Below the pieces are notes generated by a model. That model saw only the letters and a program-made list of their open reading frames with translations. It was not told where the DNA came from and made no database searches. The position numbers were made by a program, and so were the translations under genes. Below are positions 25,501 to 38,998 of a stretch of 59,723 nucleotides of DNA, piece by piece; position 1 is the first letter of the stretch, and the number at the start of each line of letters is the position of its first letter. The DNA is taken from assembly GCA_000934665.2 (NCBI GenBank), contig KZ538601.1, forward strand, positions 1 to 59,723, written 5' to 3'. The DNA comes from Catajapyx aquilonaris (lineage: Eukaryota).

Positions 25501-27042
25501 TTATATTAGTATTGAGTAATATTCATAATATTACAAAAAATTAAGTACCTTAGCCTTGCAAATGACTGGCGAACCATTTGCGTCAAGTCCGATTTTTTCA
25601 AGCCAAATTGCATGAGCAGTTCATGAGCTTGTCTCCACCATTCCACCATAAAGGGGATTTTTTCTGCTATGCTAATCTTTGGGTCCACTTCAATAGGGTA
25701 GTATTTTTCCTTCAAGAGCTTTGCTCCTTTCCTGTAGCCCTCAGGTAATAATGGACTTGTTTCAATTATCCCTGAAAATAGCACATTTTCACACATTTTC
25801 CAAAATAAAACTACCATTTGTTGCTTATTAATTGCTACAATCAGAAAATAATGACTCATTCTCAATAATTTACCTCAATTTTCTATGATTTTAGTAACAA
25901 TTTAATGCTAGTGATGTGTCACAATGTCCTGTGATTGCAGCAATAATGCAGAGTTAATACCCCTCTTAAAATAAATATTTATGGGGAGATAATGTAATTA
26001 CCATGGCATGAACTGCAGAGCCTGCCTTGCTGGTGATGCTTTGTCAGCGTATAATCAAAGTCGGCGACAACCTGTATGCAAATTGGCCCATTAATCATCC
26101 ACCAACATGCATGCAAATTACACAGTTGCAGTTTATGACACCCTAATAACACGTCTAGCCATACCTGTAACTTGTCCTTTCCGCCCTCAATAAGAGTGCA
26201 GACAATGGCCTCCACCTTGTCTGGATTTTTCATTCTAACGCTATCCTTTTGAAGCATCAGCATCTGAAAGGCAAAGAAATTAGTGTCAGCACACCCACTT
26301 TGGGTCAGCGATACACTGAACCCGGACTTGGGATCCAGAATTTTCTGGCGCAGTGACGCTGTAACGATTGAAAATTCACAGGTTATCATTAATTTGCATT
26401 ATCAGGTATTATGGCATGATTACTTGCCTTGTCTGTTGCTGTTTACTACCAGTTACTACTAAATATGATAAGAGTCATCACACAATAGCACTCCACCAGC
26501 ACAATGTCTGCCACCGGTGTCAATGTTGTTTGTTCCCTCTTTTTACCTTCAGTGTGTTTCCAGCACCTCTTGCGATCAGCAGCCTACTTAACAGCACACC
26601 TCTCTAGCTCTTTCTCACCTGGGTTGACTACAAACAAAATGTACACATGCAACCAGTGTGTCCTTCCCCAAGCAGTCCTGGCCAACACGACCTTCAAACC
26701 ACTGACTGCACCTCTCCATGAATAAACATGTCCCTCTGGGCTCCTCCAACCCTGGTGAGCCACCCAGCACCTAGGTGTGCCCACGTCTGAGATTCCCCAC
26801 CCACCAATTTTAAAAACAGCGCCAACCCAGCCTTCCTCCACCAGGAAGGAAGGAAGGAAGGACGTCTGGTCTCTCACCGTGTCGATGATCCTCCTGACCC
26901 TTCCGTTCCTTATTCCGAGGCAGTCCCCCCTGTTGTCCCCCCTCCTCTTCCTGGCCCTGAGCAGGAGTCGGGCGGTGAAGACGGCAGCCCCTACCGCTGC
27001 CCCCAGACTCAGCACGGTCCTCACGCTCACCTGGCCACTCAT
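22589..27042 (-). CDS. NT5C3: Cytosolic 5'-nucleotidase III (pyrimidine/m7GMP 5'-nucleotidase, HAD family), ~340 aa
   Basis: complement(join(22589..22690,24591..24954,25549..25771,26002..26071,26165..26263,26878..27042)), all GT/AG and in phase. HAD motif I VVADFDYTLT; YYPIEVDP, MVEWW, VFSAGVGD, HTYNKN, LMGDSLGDLQM, LKIGFLN, FDIVLVDDQTMDV. Exon 1 is less certain than exons 2-6. Confidence 0.93.
23524..24098. mobile_element. Non-autonomous long-TIR DNA transposon (Kolobok-like termini) in the last NT5C3 intron
   Basis: ~135-bp imperfect TIRs (23524-23659 and 23963-24098). Termini TTAA|GAGGG...CCCTC|TTCA. Internal hairpin ACTACAAAATATGAG...CTCATATTTTGTAGT at 23906-23955. Confidence 0.75.
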
Positions 27043-29827
27043 CAGAGAAGGCAGACAGACACTTCCTCAACCACAGCCACAGACCAAATGGGGAAAAAAA
27101 GAAAAAGAAAAAGAACACACGAAAAGCAGATCTGATTAGTTGCGGAAGTGCTCGCCAGATGGCAGATTGGGATGGCGGTGGTGCTGCATCCTTGCGTCGA
27201 TGCAGAACACCACTTGGGAAAGCGCGCCCCGTTCAGGGGTTTGACATTGGACGCGTTTGCAGTGAAACTAATCGAAACGCGGTCACAAAGACACAATCAT
27301 ATGTGGGGCTTGGTTCACTTGACCAAATTGCAGGTACATCCTGAAAGCGTGTCGAGAACCTGACCCACTGGAAATCTAGGTCGCAGGTACTATTCTTTCA
27401 TAGCAATCTCCCATCTATTTCCTTTAATGAGTTACTGATAAAATTGATGCACTTATTAGTTCATTCGTAGCTTTGTTTTTGATTAATAGAAATTGTAAAA
27501 ATGTGTCTTTTTTAAGTTTGAAGGAAGCCAAGCAAGTACACATTGAATCATTTCCACACCTTCCCTTATTATCACAACTTATTATTATTCACTTTGATGG
27601 CAACCACTAATCGCAGCAGCACTTACGAGCGTGTTATCTGTACACAAGCACCTAATCATACTTGAGCACCGCATTTTTGAACACGGCTACCTTGACGAGC
27701 CGATAGATTCAAGGCCTCATTTCAGTTGCCAGGAACCCGCGGGTATTTTGTTTACCACTCAAGCATACCTCCATGAAGGTTGAGCAAGACCGTTGAATCC
27801 ACTCAATAAAAAGAGGCGTTGCAAATCAATGAAGACAGTGGGTATATGCACATAAAAAAAAGAAGATATCAACTCTCTTGATACTTGGCAGTGCACCCTG
27901 TAGGGCGGAGAGCCCAAAGGATTTATAGACCCTTTTATCTTACATCCGGGTGGGTGATAGATCTATCTGGACGTCTTCTTAACTGCGGGCGTTCTTGACC
28001 TAATCCTATCTGCATTTTTGAGCGGAAGGCAGTGAAAGGCTAGCCCCAACATGTGTGGACGTAAAGGTCAAATGTCCAGCTTTTTCAGTATAAACTGATT
28101 TCTAATTTAACATAAGCGCACGAATGCAGACGAAGGTCAGTTAAACACAATACCATTTATTTTTGTCCAAAAAAATACTCGTTACATAATTCAAACAGCT
28201 ACCTCGCTCAAATATAAATAGTCACATATACAGTATGTCCAGGAAAGATAAAAACGCAATGCATTGGTTGGCAATATCACACAACATCATCAGCGCTATA
28301 AGAGCCCTTGATTCCTGATACACGACTCAAGAAAAAAGTCGAAGACGTGAAAGACAGCGGATAATCGGATATAACCTTTTTTGCAACTGTAACGTAGCAG
28401 GAATCTCCCAATAACATAAGCGTATTGTTTGTATCCTCAAGTAAGATAATCGAACAGTTAGGTCCCTTAATTGACACTTATGTCTCTAATTGACCCCTTA
28501 ATGAACGTTTTGGCCTCTCGGAAATTTTTGTAGACACGACTAGTACTGGACCGATCGATAGGTCTGACTCTTCTGGAAGCAACTATATGTAACAGGTGTG
28601 TCTATACTCTGTTGTTAAGGGCGTGCCTTACAACCTATTGTACAGCACTCAGGAATTAACGTGAATATTAGACTGCGGGCTAGACACGATGGAGATAAAT
28701 CCGATACTAATTACACCAATTAATGCACAAGAGGAGGATCGATAGTAATGGACTAGGTTGTTCTCTAATTAAATGTCATGCATGGTATACTCCGGTGGAT
28801 CGCGTCCGCAAGCGACGCTTTTACGTTAATGAACTTTTGGTCGATTTGGCAAACCTTACCATGTAATACTTGTCATGTTCGAAAGATCACAGTAACTGAA
28901 AAAAATATATACAGCTGCTCACTAAAAGACGGACTAAACGACAGCCCACAAAATACTAGCCGCTGCTTGTTATAAAATAAGTGACTACGATCAGTATGTA
29001 TAAACACTCTCATAACTGGAATAAACGCTTCTACTGATCGATAGACTCTAGAAAAAAAGTCAGAGTAATAAGAGCTACTTATACACCGATATTAACTTTG
29101 TCCACGAAAAAAGGACAGTCAATTACTTAACAACGAAGTTATCGTGCCACAACCCTACCTCTTTGGACGGTTATAAAATATTTGTAGTCAATAACTAGCT
29201 AGCTAGCTGAAATTTTTGGCAACAGATGGGTCTAACTGTGTGCACTACGCTCATATGGAACACATAAGGCACATGAAAAGAGGCACGCGATTAGCTGTAC
29301 GATAGAACATACAGTGAAATGCAAGACTCGAGTGGAACACATGAGAGTGGAGACTCTTGGAGGCAAAAATTAATGATGATTTCACCGGACAACCCTGCGA
29401 AAGACATCTGTTTTTAAAATAATTAAATATTTTCAAGTAGTATGCATAATCTAACCGAGTGTCGAACTTGCAGCTCTGTGTCCAAGGGCATAATATTCCA
29501 TCAAACTCGTGAACATATAATTCCATGTTGTACCGACGTGAGCACCAAGTCGATCATAACTGGTATCTGGTAATGCAGTCAATATATTATTCTTCGAATA
29601 TTGTTTTCGTAGCTACTAACTTAGGAAAGTTTTGGAAAGCTATACAATTCTGAAGCGCCTACTTGTTGCTCACGACGGCCTCGACGCGGAGAAGGAACTG
29701 AGGAAGAAGGTACAGTACAGCGATGGGAATAGGTACCAGGTCCATTCGACGACTGCATGTCTCCAGATGACCCAGTGGATCATCCTGCATGGAAATAAGA
29801 TCTAAAACGTGGAGACCTCCTGGCTGA

Positions 29828-32433
29828 TCAGGTGCTTGAATTGGCCTGCTTGAGGCAGTAGCAGTACTTCCTGAGCTCGAAGTCATCCACGCAGTCGCTC
29901 ATCCCTCCATATCGACTAATCCGGCTAATGGGACCCATCATGCGGAAATTGTGGGCTTCCGGAGTGAAACGAACGGTTCCCTCGAAGACGGCCCCCCCTG
30001 GGATGGTACGAAAGGCGATCACGAAATCGGAAACCGCCTTGTTGTGCGTGGCCGCCGAACTGGAAGCGATGATTTCCGACTTGAACACCCTCGAAGACAC
30101 CACCTCTTCCAGGTGCAGAGGACTACATCGGTTGTACGGAGCCACGTAGCTGTTCAGCTGCTCCAGGATGTAGTTGGCCGATGCTTTGGCCTCCCAGGTA
30201 TCGGCCCTGACAGGGTGAGACGCTTGGCACGTGCACCAGTGGGGGGATATACCAGCGTCTGCACATGTACGCGTATACGGTACAAGCTGGAACAGGCTTT
30301 GTCCCTTGGTGCCGCTGGACGTCGGTTGGGATTTGTAGTTGTTGTCCAGCACATCCAGAAGAGTGTGGTACACATCGAACGGGGACGTCAGCCGCCTGGA
30401 GTTGCTTTGTAGGTTGGCATAAGCCTGTGGGTGTTGAGATTTGAACCAGTCAGGTAATCGAAGCAGGAAGAACGGCATACGCTCCTCCAGCCAGCCCAGG
30501 TACGTTTCTCTTATCCGACCGAATCGGATGCCGTGGTCGCTGAAGAAGATCAGCAAGGTGTGATTCAGGGTCTCGGGGTCGAGGAACAGGCTCTGGAAGA
30601 AGCGGAGGTATGGGGTGTCGGCCAGGGCGGCATTGTTGACATTGTTGTGGGTCAGGGAGTTGGTCCAGAAGAGTCCGAAGTATGGGGAATCCTTGAAGAC
30701 GTGCGCGAACTGGTTGGCGTGGTCCAGGATGACGTCGACCATAAGACGGTCGCCCACACATACGCTGAACCCGTCCTTTCTCTTGGTCGACATCTCTTTG
30801 ACGGCGGCCAGCACCACGGGCCGGAGGTAGAAGTCGCCTGGAGGAACCACGAACCCGGTCTTGTGGTAGTTAAAGGTTCCTATCATTGGCTCGTCTTCGG
30901 AGTAGGCAGTGACGTACCCTTTGGTACTGAAATTCTTCCACAGGAACGGACAATTGTCCAGCTTCTTGTAAGCGCTCTTCCAGCACATTTTGGTCAAGTC
31001 TTTTGGCTCCATTCCAGTCAGCTCTGATATCAAGTTTGGAAACGTGTTGTCTCCAACCTGTGGAGCGATAAACATGCTGCTCAGTTTCGAAAGCGTGACT
31101 TGCGTGCGGATTACGTACCTTAACAAATCCATGTAGCTCGATAGCACCTTTAGACATGAGAAACGTGGCAGTTTTGTTCAAGTTTCGTACCATGTTCACA
31201 CTTGACACGGAATCAATGCCCACCAGGAGGACACTCAGAGGGCGGTTGGGCAAATTAGAAGGCGTCTCCTTCCTCTGCCTCTGTCGTAACGTTTGTGACC
31301 CAAAAAACGTGTAGAAATTCTTGTAAATCTCTCGGCCTTTGAACCTGCATGAAATCCGAATAAAGGTGTCCTCGATATGAACTTCCTCTTCGAATCTTAT
31401 GCAAGTTCCGCTTAACCTGTAATGCATTGCCTGCATAAATAAACCATTGAATACACTCGCTTGTCCACTTACCTGTATCGGTTATCAGCGTCTTTGTTGT
31501 AATTGTTGGGATTTTGCTGCACACGGAATAGCCTTTGATAGCAACAATCTAGGAGAGTGATGTTGTAGACATGGTAAGCGGAGAGAGCTTTCTGATTCAC
31601 TTTTAGCAGCTGACCCTGAAAGCAAATTGTTTACACATCTGAAAGGTCATAAGCACTTGTTGCGAGTACCTCAGTGAGAAGAAGGGGAGGCTTGTCGTTG
31701 CACTTGAAGTAAGTCGGGGGCCTCAGGAACTTCCTGACTGAAGGATCGAATGGGTCCACTTGAGGAATTTTGCATGAAGCTGTATAAATCGTGAATCCAG
31801 GCGTGGTGTCCTCATTCACTGGCACTTTGTTACCTGAAAATTGTGAACTATTATCAATGAGACCTTAAAATTCCGAGGGGAGTTCTAATTAGACTTCGTT
31901 TATTCTCAATGAAAGGAAGAGGTGACCTCGGGTGACCTAATATTGAAATGTCATCATAATGCTAATATACGGAATGGCTGACTTTCACATGCATTGATGA
32001 TGGAAACAAGCATTACAAAGGAACTAGCCTTGCCAAAGTCGTATAGGCTCCTCACCCATGTTATATTGTTTGCCAATCACGTTATGTACCGAACGAGTTA
32101 CATGACATGTTACGTCTCACGTTCTGTCATACAACGTTATGAAGGCCGCGGTACGACCACGTGTATAGGAAATAAGGATAAAACTTTCACAAACCCAAAC
32201 AAAATATCCGTAACAACAAACACCCGTCCACTTGAACCTAATTGACTGCGACATGCACCTCCCATGAAGCGTCTCTTAAACTTACCGTTGAAAAACGGCG
32301 ACTTCATGTAAGCTTGAATGTCTCCCTGATTGAGTACATACACCACGCAGTAAAGGGAGGTCAACACCATAACATACAGCATGACCCGCAACACCCGGCT
32401 GCCCTCCGAGGTCGCTTTCCTTCCAGTCCCCAT
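29828..32433 (-). CDS. DUF229-family protein, paralogue 5 (~660 aa)
   Basis: complement(join(29828..31057,31119..31416,31473..31615,31670..31833,32286..32433)), with three introns of 54-61 nt. Anchor VMLYVMVLTSLYCVVYVL; motifs IDSVSS, K|VGDNTFPN, THN, SDHG, LEERMP, YCYC. Confidence 0.9.
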
Positions 32434-34449
32434 TGCCTGAAACACAATTTGAAAAATAATAATTTATTCGCACGTCATGACACGCTACGTGTAACACTCG
32501 CTGACACTAATTTTTACAGCTCGACACACTATCGGCTGGTGAGGACAGAGTGAAGCTCATATTTTTTCCCACGAGTTTAACTAACCTTTCAGAGCTTACG
32601 TAATCAACCGACCTTGCAAGTACAGTCTCGTTATGCTCACCTAGTTTCACACAACCAGATACTTCCTAAGTTGTACAGAATTGGTTGGAAATGCCGGAAA
32701 TCAGACCCTAACCTTGTGAGCAAATCGGCCTGAATGTACGTGCAAGCCCTGCTGGTTAATAAAAAAAAGAGGGGGAACCTTGACGTTTGTCACATGCCAC
32801 CAATTTGTACCAGAAAAGTCCATTAGCTGAGGCTTGTAAAAAATTAATGGTATAACTCACCGTTACAGGTCAGCAGTTTCGCAGAGATGTAACCTGCAAG
32901 TAGCATTGGAGAGACTAATCGCATGGGCCCGCACTTCTTGCCATTTATTCAGCATCCTTCCTTTGTTATTCCTCTCGGGGGGTCCTAATGCAATAGTAGT
33001 GAATATATATGTCAGGCTACCGTGGACTACATCTTCGCCCTGTTGAATTATGCAGTACAAACTCTGATGGATTATTACAGGTCTCTGCAGTTGGAAATGG
33101 CATACCGTCAGTAATTTTTTATGCTTTAACGTAGATTTATTTATAGGTGGTAAACATTTTTGTGGTTTTTCAGTACACACAGAATCGAATGGTGTTACTG
33201 CCGATTCGTTGAAAAATATATCCTGATCTTAAATGCAAGGTGAATAGGCGAATTCCAATAAGACCGGGTGTTCGCCTTTCGGCATTTTCTCGATATCTGA
33301 AAAGTGTCCTGAGTCGAGAGAACTTTTTTCTGCCTTCTGCCTCTTCATCGATTCACTGACACCCGGAAGCCAAATGGTTCACATGCTTGCAATTGTCAGA
33401 TTTCCTACAACCGACGACAATAATTTTTGTTGGCAATGCTTAAACACCCAAAATGTGTGAAATGTGTGAGTATAGGCAGACACCACTTTAATAAATAACT
33501 GTTTTAAAACATGGTAAATGTTAGTTTTTCTTCCCAGCTCTTTCCTCCCTCCCTTCCTTCCTTTCCTGGCTGTTCGTCAACTCCATTTGAAGTGGTTTTT
33601 GAGCTTGATGGCCACAGAAATGACAAGGGGCTTTGGAGAACTACTTTACAGTGGACTTCTCCTTGAAATATACTAATAGCCTCTCAGAAAGACGCAGTAC
33701 CTTATTTGCCAATCCTAATGATCCCACCGGTACTTATTTCAATATTTGCATCTGCTTCTAGTCATACGTACACACATTCCTTCTGTTTGTCGCAAACTAC
33801 TTATGAACTTCTACGTACCGGAGAAAGCCTATAACAGGTGCGTGCGATGTCTCTCAATGTGTACAGCATCTACTAATGACATTTACGTATGACAAATTAT
33901 TGTAACGACCTTCTATACCCTGTTGCAACAACTACGTAAACAAGCACCATTGATTACTTTAAATAATACAGCAATGATTTTCTTAAACCCAAGAAATGGT
34001 CCGGACCCTGTACGCAACGGCCTTGTTTTGACAACAATATGCAATTTTTCTATCAGCAGCCTACATTACCTGCATCAAAGCACCGAACTAGGTCAATCCT
34101 AATCTATACGCAAATTAGCCTTCAGAACTCGTTTCGGAAGCATCCCAATCAGGACAAGCAATGCGGTCAACTGCATGCAGCCCAGTGATGCAAACCAATA
34201 CAAACCATATTCATATCCCGCATCACGTGGTCATCCTGCACGAAAGAATCCGTTTGCTGGCCTGGGTCCAGATGATGTTGTGTTGTAACCCTCCAGTGTG
34301 TCTCGTGCCGTGGAGAGTCACTGACTGGGCTTCCCACACTGCTTCCGACGGGTTACATCCAGGCCGATCGATCCTTTACGCCCCCATGGAGAACCCTCCC
34401 CTATACCCCTTACCCCTCTTCGGGCTATTTTTTTTTTTATATGGATGAA

Positions 34450-34580
34450 ACATCTCGACCTGAGGCGTCTGCGTCGGAATCTGACTTCTGGCGAAAAGGT
34501 GTAGGATTAGTCCTGAATTCTGATTATTTTTAGAGTTGGTCGTAACTTTTTTGTGTGGATGACGCTTTTAGCACACCCTG
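34450..34580. mobile_element. Probable solitary Tc1/mariner-type MITE end
   Basis: Ends in CACACCCTG|TA like the other mariner-type MITEs in this window. No matching left TIR found. Confidence 0.3.
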
Positions 34581-37500
34581 TAGTTTTATCACTTTGGAGG
34601 AAGATGGTGGAGTTTAGACTTCATGGGAATATATTTATCTTAAAAATCTGGTGCTTAGCACTTGCTGTGCTGTGGAAGGGCAATGAGGGTATAAATATTT
34701 CATGACGATCATGAATATACAGAGGGTCGTTTACTTTCCGATAGAATTTAGCCGTCAGATGTCGGATGTGAACATATGGCCCACTGGCCGACTGTGACGA
34801 GCCCGTTATTTGGCCATTCATTTATTTAAGGTAATAGCATCGAATGGGCTGTATTTTATGGCGGAAATATGAGCCCAGATATTGGTCTGTTAGCATTAAG
34901 CTAATACTTGCACGTAATGAGCTGATTGTCACTGGATACTAAATATGTTGGAACACTTCAGGTGCTGATGTTGTCAGTTGAGTAATTTTTTCCATATGTA
35001 GGCTACCTTTCAGAGAAAATAAGCTATCCCCAGCCAATAGCACTTTAGGGGCAAGCAATTGTCATGCAAAATACTACCTGTAATGATCAAGCGATGGGCA
35101 CTTCGCAATATGGCGTGACCTGTAAAATGTGTGCCTAATCATGTGCAAATCACGCTGCCAGCTTCTGACGACATTGCGTGACGCACTATCTTGGCGGAAT
35201 TTGGTCGACTTAGATTTACCATATTGCGACACGTGTGCTGGTACTAGGGGTCGAAGCAGAGCAGAGGTTTATCTGAAAATGAATTAAATGATGGGCACAT
35301 TAATCGGAACCTTATGAACATGAGAGACAAGAGATTTGCATGTTGGCAGCAGTTTACTTGTTTCATCATACATTTTCTTATAAACGACCAGACCAACTTA
35401 TACACATAAGTGTGCCACATACGTATATTATAATTATCAAGCTGCTTAGAAAATTCTGGTAGGAAATAACGTACTGTGTGAAAGGTTTTTAAAATACAAA
35501 ATCGGAGGATATTTTCATTCTTATTTTTCCAGCACAATAATAACAGGAAATTAAACACCGTTTGACAGTACGGACTATATATTAAGATGTAGTGTAGGCC
35601 AGTTGGCAGTGTAAAACAGACTTCTCTTCCGAAATAATAAGCGTAGAGAAAATTGGACATGATTTAAGTCTGTTACAAAGTCGCAGCTCATTCGCTCCAA
35701 TTGATGAACATATGTAATAGAAAATGCATTCGTCTTTTTAGAGGTTCACAACCCACCGAAGAACCTCAAATAATTGGAAGTAAAATTATCAATGGTTGCA
35801 TTCCCTGTATTATTATTTATTTAAAAAGTGTGGAGTTCTCTAACCCGAAATTTATAACATCATCTTAATTACGCTTCTCTCGCCACTTTTCGCTTAGTGT
35901 TGTTGTTGTCAAAATATAACGTAACTCAGGTTGTCTCTGGTGCGCTACAATAAATTGATATTCCTGCAACATATTAATGTCACTTCAAATGTCAAAATGT
36001 ACAGTAGGCTACTATACAGTATACGATAGCTCAAAAAGATGGAGACCATTTCGGTTAGGTTTCAATGAAAAATATTCCCAAACTTGTTGCGATACATAAT
36101 AATAAGTCTTGCTATTGGACATCTGCATTTACCTTTTACATAAGTCATCAATTATTCAACCCCCACTTCGAATTACTTCCATCACCACTACTTCTTAACT
36201 TCAACATATATACACACTCGCGAACAAAATACAGCTATCACAGTTTAACTTTGTATGAAACAATGGCATATATTAATATTATCCTACCCTCAGTATTCCA
36301 CCTTCAGTTTGGAAAACAAAATGTTGGCAACAAGCAGAAAACACTCCTGCCCGTTATTGTCAACCCATTCTGGAAGGAAATAACTAATCCTATTACATTT
36401 ACCACTAACATTTTAACACCTTTTAGTCTGCATAAAAATATTGATTCAAAATATGAAGTTCAGTTGTACTGTTATAGTATATCATCGCTGCCTAATTGAA
36501 AAAGGTGTTTCGTGTTGCAAAGTTTCAAAGAATTCGCTGAAATGCAAGTATAGATGCCTCAATTCCATGGTGAATATTATTGACTTTTTTCACACTAGCT
36601 GAATTACATTCGCATTACAGCAGCTTTCCAGTGAACACATTCCAGCCTTGCAACAACCTTCGTCTTTACTGACTGCGATAATCCATACTAAAGTGAAGCA
36701 TGAAGATACCATCCAAGGACACTCGTAGCTGCATATTCTTGAGTCCCGCAATTTTGTACGCTTTTTAGCACTGTACTACAGCTTTCGAGCACATAGAGAA
36801 GGTTTCTGATGCCATAGAAGTATAATGATGTGCTGTGAGGCTCAACGGTACTTTTTTCCTACTCCAATCATCAGATACAATAGTAGTCTGCCGACTTCAA
36901 ATCGCAGTTACGCATTTGTAAATACGTAATAGTCAAGCATGAACGGCGTGGTGTAAAATCAATCGTTTGTACTCCCAACATCTTCACCTGTAAGAATTAC
37001 AGTTACTCGTATATCACAATGAGACTGATTCAGATCATCAAAATGGGCCTAGAAACTAGCTCTTTGGTGCCGGAATTTTCCTGAATAGGATGATACAAGT
37101 ACTCATAATCAAGTTCACGTCACTGACTCTGTATGCCAATATAAAAACCTACGACTCAACACAGCCGTGTTTTGAAAGACATACCTTATAATGACTCGCC
37201 AAGAAGATTACTTAAAAATGAATGGCAATCCCACAACTCCAATAGTTATTATTACGAACACACCACGATCATCGATGATGATACCAACATTTTGATTGCT
37301 CCAATTTTCTGATTCGCTGAGAACAAAGTGGCCAACTTGTCAAAAACCTAAAACAAATTTTGCAATGTTTCTTTTCTGTAAATGGTGTAGATATTATAAG
37401 TGACTCTCCTAAAAGTATTGACAATTATTTGGTATGCGCTGCTCGCTTTATTCTTCTGTTGCTGAATGCGTTCACAGACCGGTTACAAAAATAATTCCAA

Positions 37501-38998
37501 TTTCGCACATGATCCGCTTATCAATTATTTATGGCCTACTCGTGCGCAAAATTAACAAAGCTTAATTCAATAATCTGATTTTGTTATTACCATTATTAAC
37601 ACCACCGATGCAACGGTGAAATGAAATTGAGGTCTGAGACCTTTCACATCTCGTAACCATAAAGAGGCATACCGGTACTGATCGTGATCCTACATTTATA
37701 CAATTAATGCTTTCTGAAAAGTGAAACTTTGTTCTCAGTAATTCCGCCCATAAATGTAATTATTTGAAATTAGAATTAAATTATGCCTTTCACAATTTAC
37801 ATATCTGCTGCAGTGCCTCATATTTCTCAAACATGTATCACACGTAAAGCTACCTTGTCGAAATATTTCTTGTACTGTAGATAACCAGATATCTGTAATT
37901 AAATATTACAGAATCCATTCCCAGAATTCGTTTGGTAAAAAGGCGTATCTACAACGGACTAACTGCTAATAACGTGGTCGTAGCAGTCTACAAAGTTTAA
38001 AATGCGTGAGTGCATCTTAGGGTGGTAAATTTTTGACAAGGCGTTTGGGAACTTCTCCCGTTGTTTCTTGACAGTAATACATTATGGAAAATGCACTTCA
38101 CAGAAGATCCCAAATAGTAGAAAAACAAACAAAAATGGCAGATTGCAGGTGTCTTAAATACCGATAATTGGAGATAATTAATAGTCGTAGAGGAAGAACT
38201 GTAAGCATCCTTCATTTAAGGTTTTTTAAATCAGTTTCATTACAGACACAGCACCGAAATTTTACCTGAACATGTAACGAGTTAATGATGGAGTATGTGT
38301 ACTATTATTTATGACATCATTGGCAAAATTTAACCAAGTAAACTGGTGAGCAGAAAGTAATACTGCATGTCATTCACGACGAGAACAACGTAGTATACCA
38401 ATTGCTCACATCAAGTAATAATATTGGGAAATGCTGAGACAATCATATAATAAGAAACTTACCAGCAGTATTACCCAATATTTGATAATCAAGCTTAACT
38501 CAAAGGGATTACCCATTGCACAATTAACATTACGCTGAGGTTGAGACTTTTGGTAGATCAGCCCTTTTAAACAGGGTCAGCTCCCCGCTGGTAGTAAACT
38601 TAAATGAGTCCAATAAAGGAAATCACAAGGTTTCTAACGAATGCAAAGAAAATACCAATACATAAATGACTACACCTACGAGTATATCTTCTGAACCCTT
38701 TGAAAAATGTAAAGCAGCTAATGCGGCGCTGCCTTCGACAAACAGAGCACATACCAAGGAAATCTGGCATCCTGAATGACAACATCGGAAGATCGGCGAG
38801 CTACAACAGAGCATACCATACAGTCACGAGCACCAATTATACATAAATAACCAATCACTCAAAATATAAGTCTGCTAATAATTTCTCTACGAACATATGA
38901 CCCGGGAGGGTCATTCAAGATGCCCCATGAATACGTATTAACCTATTTCTTAGTCTTAACTTGTCCTGAGTATTGAATTTCAAATCATGGGAACACAA

